Shown piece by piece: positions 13,677 to 34,130 of a stretch of 64,000 bases of DNA. How positions within the stretch are numbered: the stretch's first letter is position 1; each line of letters begins with the position of its first letter. This DNA comes from the human T2T-CHM13v2.0 reference genome, Homo sapiens. Position numbers and translations under genes: made by a program. The notes under the pieces were generated by a model. The model was not told the DNA's origin and did no database searches. It was given only the letters and a program-made list of their open reading frames with translations. Where the stretch lies: the NCBI RefSeq assembly GCF_009914755.1, contig NC_060941.1, one strand, 5' to 3'.

Positions 13677-15589
13677 TCACGCTGCAGTTGGTGTCCATCC
13701 CTGAGTTGCTGGGGTAAGGGTCCTCTCCAAATGCTGAGCAGAGTCCTATGGCCTGAGTGCCCAGGATCCCAACACCCCCTTTCATGTGCAACTTGGGGGC
13801 AGAAGGAGTCAGTGGAGGATTGGAATGGGAAGAACTTTTGTCCTGGAATTTGGATGGGGCCTGATTTAAGAAGCCCATTCTCTAAGCATCTTGCCTGTTA
13901 CCAGAGGCAATGAGTTCTTGGGGTGCCACAGGGTTGGACCCTCCTCCCTGGGGATCAGGGCTTGCCATGTGCTGGTGGGTTGCTGTCAAGGGGAGAGTCT
14001 GGCAAAGCCTCATCTGGGGGGCACCTTGTTGTAATTGCCTCTTTTTAACTCAGAAGATGGAAGGGTGGTCAGGTGAAGGTGGGTATCTCATGAAACCTGG
14101 CTGGAACCCTCAGATGACACGTTCCTGATTTTGTCCCCCCGCCCCACCACCACCACTTCCGGACCTAAAGTAAGTGGCAACAGAGACAGGAACAGGGAGA
14201 AAAAATGGTGCATTGAGCAGGAAGGAGACGAATGCTAGTCCTTTGCCCCCTTCCCTGGCCCACACTTCCCAGAGACCCCAGGGAGGCCTTGGAGAATGGA
14301 AGGAAACCCACAGAGCCAGGTGTGATTTGGGGTAAAGTTTAATGGAAAAGCCGTGGAAACGTTGAGTTCACAAACAGGACTTCCCGTGCAACTGTCCAGC
14401 CAGACCTGGGGCAGCTCCTGGGGACCCTGCCCCCTTCACACACACCCATCCCATCCATGGTGCCTGAGAGGCCTTCATCTTCAGTTCCCTCCACCAGATC
14501 AGTTGGGCATGTTGGGGGCAGAGATGGAGGGTTGTTGAATCACACTAGGCTCTGTAAGCTGAGAAGACGATCCTGCACAGGGTGGCGTAAGCCAGTCCCT
14601 CCTGCCAGGGCACCTGCAGGGCGAGAAGTCACATGCCAGACTGAGGCATGCTTGCGAACACTAGCCTGGCCCCAGCAGCAGGGGGTGCTGGAGGAGCTGC
14701 AGCTTTTCCCCATCTTGCTGAATTATTGATGGGCCTGGCACTGCCCCTACCCCCAGCTACAGCCATGTTTCAATCAAAAAGGGACAAGGAGGAGAGTGCT
14801 ACCAGGCTACCTGTGCATGCTGCCCATGGCCTGTCTTCCTGGGGATGGGTTCAGCTGCCCTAGGAAGCATGAGCCCCTCTGAAACCACCCCAGGACACGT
14901 GGATGTGGCAGAGACCTTGCTGCCAGGGGCTCTCTCAACCATTCAGGGAACTGGCTGGCAGCTTACAGAGTCAGGAGTCCTCCCTGGCCCGGCCCTTCCC
15001 CTCCAGCAGGGGCAAAACAGCTGTGGCCTCCCCCAGGCAGGGAAAGTGGTGGGTGTAGGGCTGGACTTGCCGGCTGAGCTTGCAGGACAATCTGGTTATT
15101 CATCTGCTTGAAGTCAGGGCAACTCTTTGAGTATGTGGGGGAAGGGTGAGGATAAGAGAGACCAGATAAGCTGGCCCCACAGCGGCTGCCACTGGAGCTC
15201 AGGTTATCAGAAAGGCCTTGGGCCTGGCCTCCGGCTAATTGGGGAGGTTATGGAGCCTGCCATAGCCTGTAATCAGCTGGAAGGGAGAGCTGGGCCCCAG
15301 GGTTGGGGACCTTACTGGCCACTGGCCCCAGAGCAGCCGCTTCCTATCCTCTACAGATAACATCCAGGGCAATCTGGGACTCACCCCCAGCCCCAGCAGA
15401 CCTAATGGTGGCATCATCTGGGAGGGCATCAGAACATGAATCAAACTGTGGCTGATCAGGGGACCTTTAGGAATCCATGTGACCTACCGATTCTCTCGGC
15501 ACTACCTGGTCAACGGGCAGCTTTACTACGGACTTCCTCTCAATTTGATGAAGGAAAAATATCTTCATGATCTGGAAAGAGGCCGGTGG

Positions 15590-16410
15590 GAGCCAGCGTG
15601 GCAACTGAAGGAGCAAGAGTACTGTCTAAGATGAGAAAAGGCACGGTGGGCCTGAGGCCAATTCAAGCACACAAGCTCAAACACCAGGGCCAGCCCCTCT
15701 GTCAAGGAGCAGAGGCCAGGCTAGGCAGCCACCAGTCTGGAAGTGTATATGGTTTCTCAGTGGTAATTTTTTATTTTCACAATTCAGGGACTCATGAAAC
15801 TAGAAAGTACCTGAGAGTTCTGTTCGAGCCTCATTTTTTTTGCAGATGACAAGCAAGCCTGAGCCCCAGAGAAGGGCAGGGCCTTGCCCAAGGTCACAAA
15901 GTCACACACCTAGTGAGCCTATCCCTGTCTGCACCTGGCTGCTTCACACCCTGGCCAGTTCCCTTAGAGGGACCCAAATCCGAACTGACCTCCCTGTCCT
16001 GTGCCCCTATCCCATCCAGAATGCTGACCCCACTGATCCCCATCCTGACTCCATCAGGCTTCCTGCCTGGGCTGAGAGACTGAATTTGCAGCTGCTCCCT
16101 TGCCCCTGTGTAGCTGGAAGGCAGCCCTCCCACTGCAGACCTAGAACTGGAGGCTCTAGAGGCAAAGGGACAGTGCATCCTGTATGTCTCGAATTCAGAG
16201 CAAGAGCCCAGGGGAGGGTGGCAGCCCTGGCATCTCAGGATCACCTTGCTGTAGGAGCAGGGGTAGGCAGCTCAGCAGCACCGGCTTCTTAGGAGTGGGT
16301 TTGGACTTGCTCTCTTTAAGGTCCCAGGGTCCCATCCCAGCTCTGCCACCAGCAGGTACGTGGCCTTGGGTACATGACTGCACCTCTGGGATTCAGGGTC
16401 CTCATGTGTA
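15590..16410. mobile_element. Cluster of MIR fragments
   Basis: MIR core motifs such as tttgcagatgacaagcaagcctgag...ttgcccaaggtcaca and atcccagctctgccacc...ccttgggtacatgact. Confidence 0.55.
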
Positions 16411-18735
16411 AAGGAGGGAGTGGAGGGGAGAGAGCAGCATGCCCTTCCGAAGGCGCGACAGAGCAGAAGCAGGCAGAGGGGAAGCTGCGGGTCCACAAGG
16501 CAAACCCATGGTTCGAGGGGAAGTTGACAGCCAGGCCAGGTGCCCCTTAGCAGGGATGGGGAGGGCGGAGGCGGCACAGCTGGAGCCCGGATTGTGGCAC
16601 GCCGTCACCGTGCTGCTCCGGGGAATCCCGACCCGCTCCCTGCGAAAGCGTTTCCGAACGCGAACCCAGAGCCTGTGAACGCGCCGGCAAGCCCCCCACT
16701 CCCCCACCGCCGCCCGTCGCAGGTGGGCCCGTCCTAGGGGTCCTTCCTGCGCTCTACCCCGTCTCTCAAGTCACTCAGTCGATCGCCCCGTTCACGCTCC
16801 CGTGATCCCAGACATCCATAACCACGATCTCGCCTCCATGCACATCCAACGCACGACGGTGCACAGACGCGCACCTGACTTCTGCGGACCAGGTGTCTCA
16901 AGCGTACAGCGGCCACCCGCGGAACCGCGGCCCGGGGCCAGTGAGTCGTCTGCAGCTCCCCGGGTTAGGGGATTCCCCAGAACTCCGGGAAAGTCACCCG
17001 AAGTCCATCCGGGATGCGGCCTTGGTTCTCGGCCGCGTGATCTCGCCCTTAGGTGCAGAACGACGCCCTTCCAGGGCCCACAGCTGCCAGGCTGGGCCTT
17101 GCCCTCGCATCCCCCGGGAAGACCAGGGACGGGGCCACACAGGCCGTGGCTGCGGAGACGCTTCCCCGGGCCACCCCGCGACCAGGAGGGAGTCGAGCCG
17201 CCCGCTCTCCCCGCGTCCCCCGCCCCATCCCAGCCAGTTGGCCCCACCCTGCGCGGGATAATTGGGACGGGAGGGAGGCGACGGGAGGGCGGCGGCTCCA
17301 GAGAGACTGCGCGCCTGTCAGCGGCAATTTGTTTAAGTGGACGGGACGGGCCGGGCCGCTGCGGGCTGGGGTCACCGAGGCCGCGGCCCCCACCCCAACC
17401 AGACCTGGGACCGCGGGGGAGCCCGGTCCGGCCGCTAAACCGGGCTGGCTGGCGCCAGGGCTCCGGGAGGTGCGGTCCGGCGGGGAAGCCGTGATGGGAA
17501 GCGACTCTGTCCAGGGAGTGTCCTTCACCACCACACTCCTCACGTCCAGGCAGTGATCGACGGCCTGGCGGCACCCTCACAGCGGGCCCATAGCACGGGG
17601 CCACACACGTCCCCTGAGCTTAGCCTGGGCACATTCGTCTGCCACCGAGGGCTTAAGCCAGTCTGCAGCCCGCGCCCCGTCACTCGGACGCAAGTCCGTC
17701 GTCCGCTCTGCCACGCGGCCGCACAGCCCGAGCTTCCTGCTGCCCACTGCCCGCGGGGTCACGCAACCCCGGCCCTGCACACAGAGGAGGAAGCGGCGGG
17801 GACCCCCTGCCACCTGGAGGCTCAACCCGGGGAAGGTCCCAGCAGTGCCCCTTAACCCTGCGAGAGGTGACGGGGCCGGAGGACGGAAGGGCAGCCACGC
17901 CAGGCTCAGGACCGCGGCCCCACCCGGCCCAGGCCGTCCCCGCTCCCGCCCCATTTCACTGTTGCGGGAAGCGCGGGGCGCACAGACCGCGCGCCACCAG
18001 CCCAAGCCCGCCCGACGCCCTGGCCGGAGACCGCCTGCGAGAGGGAGGGGCGGCCGAGCGCGCGTCCCCCGCCTGTCTGCGGGACCTGGCCGATGCGAAG
18101 TGACAGGGGCCGGAGCTTTGTTGTGGAGCCTCGGCCGCCTGGCGCCAGCCGCCCCCGCCCGCGCCCTCCCCCTCCAGCCCCGGGCGGCCCGCGAGGCGCC
18201 CCCCGGGGCCTCTTAAAGGAACACGCACACTCGGCCCCCGGGGCTCCGCCAGGGGAGGGGGTTCCTGGGAAGGGGGAGGGGGCCGGCCTAGGTGGGGGAG
18301 GGGCCCAGCGGAGGCCTCACGGCGCCGCTCCAGGGCCTCCCAGGCCTCCCCAGCGCCAGCTTTCGGTGAGCCTCGGGCATTCCTAGCTGGAGAGTTTGGC
18401 TGGGGGTCGCTACAGACTCTTCAGAGCGGCTGCAGCAGGACCTCAGGGTGATCGCGGGACCGCGGGGCGGGGCGAGTGGTGGGATCCTGGCCCGGACAGA
18501 GCCCCGGAAAGCCAGAGGGAAGGTCGGTGCCACTGTAGGTGGGGTCGCCGTCCCCAGATGCAGCCGCTGCACTGTCGCCGCCAGGTTTCTCGGTCAAATA
18601 ACCCAGGCCTGAGTGTTTCAAACTCTTCAGGCCTCGGACCCCTGGACCAGCTATGGATGGACTAATGAAATGGACTAATGTCTAAAACGCACACATTTAG
18701 ATGTACACATACTCTTACAAGGACAAAAGTATGTG

Positions 18736-18738
<3 letters not shown>

Positions 18739-18782
<44 letters not shown>

Positions 18783-18785
18783 GCG
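18739..18785. repeat. (AC)15(GC)8 alternating purine-pyrimidine tract
   Basis: Direct read. Confidence 0.95.
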
Positions 18786-19528
18786 ACTTTGCGAATGTAT
18801 TCACGGATTCCTAGGCCGGTACCTGGGTTCCCGGCTAAGGAAAGCTGCCCTGGTTATTATCTGGTCACCTCACCGGCTGCGCAAACGTGTCCACAACGGG
18901 TCCCTCCCCGAGAGGCCACATCTCGCCTAAGGTGGAGCCAGCAGGTATTTGCCTGTGGAAAACTGCAGTGGATCCTGCCCCGTCTGCGTAGACTGCGCAG
19001 CTCGGAGTCAAAGATTCGTTCTGGCCAGAGAGGAGGTACTAAGAGAGGTGCGACCTAGCCAAGAACGAGGTCGTGGAGAAAACCCTGTGGGGGCGGCGCT
19101 CACATATGCGGTGATGAGGAGTTGTGAGGGCCCTGGGGTCGGTCCCGAAAAGTAGGGATAACGGTCGCAGAGGCCATACTGCTTCCGCCGGTCCCGAATC
19201 CGCACTGCCAGGAGAGATCCGGCCTTCAAACGCTGCTCCCAACGTTCAACAACGAAGTGCCCTGCGACCGGTGTGCGCAGTGGGCGGGCGCCTGCATGGG
19301 TCAATGTTGGATGTGGGATGTACGCGCCCACCACGCGGTTGTACGGGTGGGAATGTCACCCGTGGCTAGTGCATGCTCTGTCTTTTCCTTCAGAACACGA
19401 CCTTCAGGAATCAGCCTGAGTGTTCGCGCCCGAGCCCGATTGGAAGCAGGTGCGTGGTCGCTTCACTCTCCCCGTGCACACCTTGAGTTATAGCTCTCGC
19501 TGCGCACAGAGGGCACCACACGGGGCCC

Positions 19529-19529
<1 letters not shown>

Positions 19530-19571
<42 letters not shown>
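19530..19571. repeat. (AC)21 microsatellite
   Basis: Direct read. Confidence 0.95.
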
Positions 19572-19573
<2 letters not shown>

Positions 19574-20529
19574 CATCACTTCATGGGGGGGAAACTGAGG
19601 CTGCCGGAAGACAGAAAACGAAGACTGATCACAGAAGAGGGGGCTTCAATCACAGGTGCTCGCAGACACCCCAACTCCCTCACGCGTTACTCAGCACTCC
19701 TTAACTTAGGAGACGTGCGCTTCCGAGAGATGAGAAGAAACTAAAAAAGTGGTTGGCAGGGCGAAGAGAGGAAGCCGGTATTTCGGAAGAAGGAGACTTT
19801 CGTCTCCGGTACCGGATAGGGCGAAAATTCGTTGGGTCGCGGGTGGAGAATCCGGGGTCCGCCCGCGCGGTGCCGCCCTGTGCTCAGCGAAAGGTGCGCT
19901 CACCTTCCTGGCCCCGAGGACCCGCTCCTCCCGGCCGCTGGAAAGCTCAGGGCGGGGCCCGGGCCTGCGGAGAACTCCAGGTTCCTTCCGAGTCTTCCGG
20001 TGAAGGCGGGCGCGGGTAGGGGGTCCCCGCGTTTCCCCAGCGCAAGGCCGCGTCCCGCTCCCGCCCGCGCCGGCCCCAGCAGGGCTCGGCCATGGCTCCA
20101 CTCACCAGCTCCCGCCACCTGGGATCCGCTCCCGGACCTCGGCCGCCCGAGCCTCCCGACTCGCCCGCCCACCGGCCTCGCTTTCCAGTGCCTGCTGTCT
20201 CTTTCCGGGGCGCAGGGACCCCCAGGCGGCGCCACGACCCGGAGCTGGGTCGGAGGCCAGGCTGGGGCTCGGGCCAGAGCGGCCGGGCCTCTGGGCGCGG
20301 GAGAAGGAGGGCGCCCCCTCTCCGCTCGGGGTCGTGTCAATGCTTTGCACTTGGGGCCGGCGTGCGGCTGCGGGTCCTTCCCCAAGGCCCCGGGACCCGG
20401 GCTCCCCTCGCCTCAGGCCCTTTCGGCGGGTCAGGTCGGCCCTCCGCGCTCTCCAGTCCGGCGCAGGCAGCCGCAGGCGCGGGCGGGCGGTGGGGGCCGG
20501 GGCAGGAGGAGGGGTCTCGGGGCCCGGCG

Positions 20530-29350
<8,821 letters not shown>

Positions 29351-30089
29351 GGGGCTGCCCAGCTGCTCCCCTGCCACGCAGGCCACCCGGGCTGCCTGCC
29401 CCTGCTGCTTGGGACGTGTACAGCACAGAATGAGTATTTATTTAAATAAAGGAGAAAAGTGGGCTGCAGCAGCCGGAATAGAGCCTCGTCTGGCAAGTCG
29501 GGGCCTGGGACACTTCCCTGGGCCTCAACAAGGATCAGGCTGCTGGAAACACAGTCACTTGGGAGCTGCTGGGCTAGGTCCAGATCCGCTCCAGCGTCAA
29601 GGTGGCATCCGAAGGTGTCTCTGGTCTTCCAGCGAGGTGGGAGAGGCCTCATCCAGGGCCCAGCGGTCCCTGCAGAAGCCAGAAGGTGCAGGGGCCAGGG
29701 GTGGGAGCATCGGAGGGAGTCCCAGAGCCCTGGACCTTGGGCCTAGACCGCGTGATAAAACTGGGTTGAGGGATGCTGGAACCAGTTACGACTGAAGTCA
29801 GTGTAGACCTGAGCTGGGAGGGAACCTGTTAGTCTCCCCACCTCTTCCCTGAAGAGACAGGCACCCCTCCCAGCCGTGGTCAACGGAGGGAGTGGCACTT
29901 CTGCCTTGAGTCCCCAGGGGAAAAAAAAAAAAAGATATTTATGAAATAAATGGTAATTTGTGTAAATAAGCTTTAAGGTTCCCAGAATATGCAAATTGGT
30001 ATTAATTTATTCAAAGGTGTACATTGCTGTGTACATATATTTAGAGATTAACTCATACATTTAAAGTTTTTTTCATTTTACGTGAGCAT

Positions 30090-30620
30090 CTATATTGTAC
30101 AGGGCTGGGGGGGCCCTTGGCTGCGGGAGAAGGCCCAGAGCCCTGGAGGAGCCACCACCCCGCCGGCCCCTCGACCCCTCGGCCCCTCGGCCCCTCCGCC
30201 CGGGTTTGGCTCGCCTGGCCCGCGGGCTCCACCTCAGGTTTTCACTTTTCGCTCCGGAGCGAGAACGAAACGACAAAAACGCGAGAAAACAATAAAACGC
30301 TAGAAAGCGAAGTGAACGGCGCTGTGCGCTCTGTGGGTCGCGCGGGGCTGGGGCGCTGCACGCGCGCAAGGAGGGACGAGAGGCGGGGACAAAAGGCTGC
30401 GCGCCCCTCGCCCGGCGGCAGCTGCACCCCGGGGACGGCAGGGCGGCACGGCGGCAGGGCGGCTGGGGCGCTGGCGGAGCCGCGAGGCCGGGCGGCGCCG
30501 GCGCGGGACGCGGGGTGCGTCCCAGGCCGGGGCTGGACTCCCCCTGCCGGCCGCTCCCGCAGCTCCGCGCAACGGGCCTGGGCACCCACCCGGGCCGGGA
30601 GGAGAGCAGCCGAGCGGCCT
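30090..30620. promoter_or_regulatory. CpG island over the TBX2 3' end
   Basis: Dense CpG and GC-rich sequence surrounding the distal AATAAA. Confidence 0.75.
30291..30296 (+). terminator. TBX2: TBX2 distal polyadenylation signal AATAAA (3' UTR about 29351-30315); further AATAAA at 29445 and 29945
   Basis: Hexamer is present, and its position fits the roughly 3.4-kb TBX2 mRNA as I recall it. Confidence 0.75.
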
Positions 30621-31822
30621 GGACTCCTGGCTTCTGACTCCCTTTCCGGGAAACCACACTGGAAACCCATCTCCTTTCAATGCTTCTGGGTGGGTGGGCT
30701 GGGAGGATGGGTGTTCCTTGTCCAACCTCTCCCTTCGGAGGAGGGGTTTGGCTGTGTCCCACCCCCGTACTCCCCGCCAAATATCGCTGAGCCTAGAATT
30801 CTTTCCCCTCTCTCTGCCTCCTGAACCTCAAAGACAAACATTTCCTCCGCGTCAGGGCTGTTGGCTAGAGTGGCAAAATCTGGACTAAAAGGTCTTACTT
30901 TAACTCATCTATCTAAATCCCTCTTGGGAGAGTGGAGAGTGGGGTCAGTGGGCTATTTCCATTCCTGCCTCAGTTTCCCCTGTATAATAATGGGCTTGGC
31001 TGGGGTCTCTCCGGGGTCCAGCTGTGTCAGTCTCCATTAGGCTGGTCCTTCCCCGAGACCCACTCCTGCAAGGACAGCTGCCTCCCACCCCGCGCCGGTG
31101 AGCTCCCCCTCCTTGCCCAGCTAGCAGGTGTCTCCAGCCCCCACTTCTAGCAGTGGGAGCTGGGCGGGCACTCCTTTAGCCCTGGGTCTGGTCGGTCACC
31201 GAGCACGCCACCTCCTTCCCAGTTCTCTCCTCTTTAAGCCTTGGGGACCCTGAACGCCCTGCCCCAACAGGCTGCCCACCTTGGGCACTGCACAGGGTGG
31301 GGCTTGGGGAGGGTGCTGGCTTCCAAAACACCAGGGACGTTGAGATGGAGGAACGGTGATGGTGAAGGTGGAATGGACAGTTGGGCCCCCAGACTCCCAG
31401 GACGCCTTTGTGGGCCGATACATTTGCAAGGAGCGAGAGAGAGAGAACCAGGCCCGCCTCTTCAGGATGGTGCTGCCCCCAGGCCACGCCGAATGCGGCT
31501 GGAGCAGGGAGGGGACTCAGCCAGTGCACGAGTGGGAGGTTGCAGTAGAACGTATCCCAACCCCAGAGGGTGGGTTCTGGCTTCCCTGCCTCAGACCTGC
31601 GGGCAGGTCCGGGAACCCGACAGGGACAGAGAAGCCCGTTTTCCAGCCTAAATAGAAGCTCGTGGGCAGCGCGTTTGCTGGAGGTCGCTTTGGGCTGAAA
31701 CGCCTCTCATACTCCTAGAGGAGCGGCGCGTTTGCGTCCCGCGGCTTCTCACTTTCAGCAGGACATTAGGAGGGAGACGAGAGTCGGCTGCGCGCCCGCG
31801 GCGGCCTACGTACAGGGCTGCG

Positions 31823-31841
31823 GACACCAGGGGGCAGCACC
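31823..31841 (+). promoter_or_regulatory. Candidate CTCF site, forward orientation
   Basis: GACACCAGGGGGCAGCACC closely matches the CTCF core motif. Confidence 0.65.
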
Positions 31842-32599
31842 GACTTAGGGTCGCGGGAGGGGTGCGGGTGCGGGCATGGGCGCGGGGGAGGCGGGTGCCT
31901 GCGAAGGCCGGGCGGGGCGGCCTAGTCGCGGCCGTTTTTAGGCCGCGTCGTTGCTGCAGCAACCCGGGTGGGGTGGGGTGGGACTCCAGGGCCTCGAGAT
32001 CCCCCACACCACTTTCGCCGCCACCTCCCGCCGCACATGTCCCCTCCGAGTCGCCCACCCGGCGCTCCGCGGGGCCCCAGCTGGTAGCCTGAGTGCGACT
32101 GCGGGAACCCGCGGCCGGCGGCTGGGCCTTGTCCCAGACAAAGGCTAGGCCACTCCCATGTCCAATTAAGCCACCCTCCTCCCCGGCCTCCCAGCCCTCA
32201 TTGTCCCCGGGGTCGCCAATTAGCCTAGGCGCCCGGCGTACCCGCCGCTCCGGTGCCGCAAGGCCTCCTTAACCCTTCAGGGCCTGGCCCGGGGTCCTTG
32301 GACGGCAGAGCCGCCGGCACACGCGTGGCAGGAGGGCCAGTGCTGGGACGATGGCGATACCTGCTGGCGGCCTAGCCTGTCGCCTCGGGCTCTCGCGTGT
32401 GGGGCGTGTGAGGTCTAAGAGGGAATTGTGCGTGTCGGTGTGGGGTGGCGCGTGCGATTCCCGGAGGAACTCGGAGATGGAGGGTGTGAGTGCAGGGGCT
32501 CCGAGAGACCCCTAGCGGCTAAGCCGCCCGGATCCCAAGGCCCAGGGGACCTCATTTCCTCTCGGGTTAATCGGAATCTTCCGAGCCCTCAAGCCCTTC

Positions 32600-34130
32600 C
32601 TCCTCCACTCCCCCGCCGCTGCTGTGGAGAACCGGAGCCACCGGTATGGCCTGGCCCTGCCCTCCCGAAGGCCGCAGCTCCCGGGCCCGCCTCCCCAGCT
32701 GACCGCGAACTCCTGCGTGGGGTGCTCCTGGGGCGGGAGGGGCGCGCTCAGCCTCGCTCTCCCCGGGACTCTCACGCTCAAGCGCCCCGGCTTGAGGCCG
32801 GGACCCCCTATTTCCCGGTTATGGGACGGCCCCTTGAGGGACAGCCTCTACGAGCCCTGGATTTATACCCCGAGCCTGCCTTCCTCCGCTCTGGGAAGGA
32901 CCCAAAATCCAGTCCCGCTTCCTCCCCCTCCTTCGCTGTCCTTGGCCCCGAGGTGCGGAGCACCGGCGGTCAGGCGGGATCCCGCAGGAGGCCGAGCGCT
33001 CCCTGCTCGCAGGACAGGGCGGCAGCGGAGGGAGCCCCCGCCCTCTTGGGAGGAAGCCCGAGCTCCGGGTCTCCTGGGCACCCTCCCGGGAGCGCCTTCG
33101 GGGTGGAGGCTGGTTGCCGGGCGCTGAACGTGTCCGAGCACGCCCGGGGCGGTTTTGCACTTGGACTTCCTTTTGGGCTCTCCGGAGGCGCATATCTGTT
33201 CCTCCTATTGGATGGGGCCGGGGACCCCAAACCCACTCCGGAAGCACCGATTTCCAGCGCTGACGGCCGCGCCTGGTTTCCCAGCGAGTCCTCTTGGCAG
33301 CTCCCGCAGCTCCCCGCCGGGAGCACGAGTGGGAGCGAACCCAGAGCCCGCCCAGGCCTCGGGCCTCGGCAACTCCCCACAGGTCCACGAGATGGCGCTG
33401 CAGGCCAGGGCCCGGGCCGCGGCCTCACAGCCCGCCTCGGGCGAGAGCGGGAGATAGACTGCGGACCCCGGCAAGCGGGGCACGGAGGCACAGCCACCGA
33501 CACAGGCAGAGCCGGGTCCGGAGCCCGGCACAGGCCGCCGAGGGACCGAGGGACTCCGGGGCTGCGGACACACTGAGCGGAGGGCTTGAGGCTCGGGGTG
33601 GGGCCTTCTCCCCTGCTGCCAGAACCGCCCGGCAGCGCCAGCTCGGCGACCTTCCAGGCTGCTGCAGACCCCAGCTTGTCCTCTTCTGCGCGCCCGCGGG
33701 GCTGGGCCCTCGCGTTCTTTCTGCGGGAAGTGAGCCGCCGGCCTCCGGCCTCCTGGGCCCCTCCGAAGGGGGCTGTGGCTGGCATCCGCAGCGCGCGGGG
33801 CGCACGGCCCTAGGAGCGCGGGGCCCACTCGACGGTGAGGACTTACGGGCGGGATAGGGGAAGGATCGGCGGGGATCCAGCGCTCCTCCAGCGGAGAGGG
33901 CCCCCTCGGCTCCGACCCGCCCTCCTCACCACCCTCATCCGGCTCTTCAGGGCGGGGTCTTCAGGGTCGAGGGCAGGATGTGCCCTGTGGAGCTGCTCAC
34001 CTAAGTTCCTGCCTCCATAGGGGAGGCTTTGGGCTGCGTTATTCCAGCGGGAGGTGGTGGGGACTGGGGAGGGCCCAGGGGTCAGCCTGAGAATCTCGCC
34101 CTTGGATTAAAAGCCACCAATGCTCTGGGT
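32600..34130 (+). ncRNA. LINC02875: LINC02875 (formerly C17orf82), single-exon transcript; ends approximate
   Basis: Contains the recognisable C17orf82 ORF; ATTAAA at 34106-34111. Confidence 0.75.
32821..33576 (+). CDS. C17orf82: C17orf82 putative 251-aa protein (MGRPLEGQPLRALDLYPEP...PGLRTH); coding status doubtful
   Basis: Intronless ATG-to-TGA ORF of 756 nt matching the C17orf82 sequence I recall. G/P/A/R-rich with no recognisable domain. Confidence 0.55.
   Translation: MGRPLEGQPLRALDLYPEPAFLRSGKDPKSSPASSPSFAVLGPEVRSTGGQAGSRRRPSAPCSQDRAAAEGAPALLGGSPSSGSPGHPPGSAFGVEAGCRALNVSEHARGGFALGLPFGLSGGAYLFLLLDGAGDPKPTPEAPISSADGRAWFPSESSWQLPQLPAGSTSGSEPRARPGLGPRQLPTGPRDGAAGQGPGRGLTARLGREREIDCGPRQAGHGGTATDTGRAGSGARHRPPRDRGTPGLRTH

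Larger units (their letters stand above)
14320..20470 (-). ncRNA. TBX2-AS1: TBX2 antisense RNA 1 (divergent lncRNA); ends approximate
   Basis: Known gene at this position. Sequence support on the minus strand: ATTAAA at 14338-14343, a strong acceptor cttctcgccctgcag before 14613 (terminal exon about 14613..14320), and donors AAG|GTGAGC near 19904 and CTG|GTGAGT near 20106. Confidence 0.75.
31660..33970. promoter_or_regulatory. CpG island over the LINC02875/C17orf82 promoter and body
   Basis: High CpG density. Confidence 0.8.

Noticed and set aside
16792-18572. Several 100-270 aa ORFs on both strands upstream of TBX2
   Set aside because: Overlapping in many frames and low-complexity P/G/R/A; typical CpG-island artefacts.
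30073-30824. Two 235-aa ORFs on opposite strands at the TBX2 3' end
   Set aside because: CpG-island composition; one overlaps the 3' UTR and poly(A) signal; no protein-like features.
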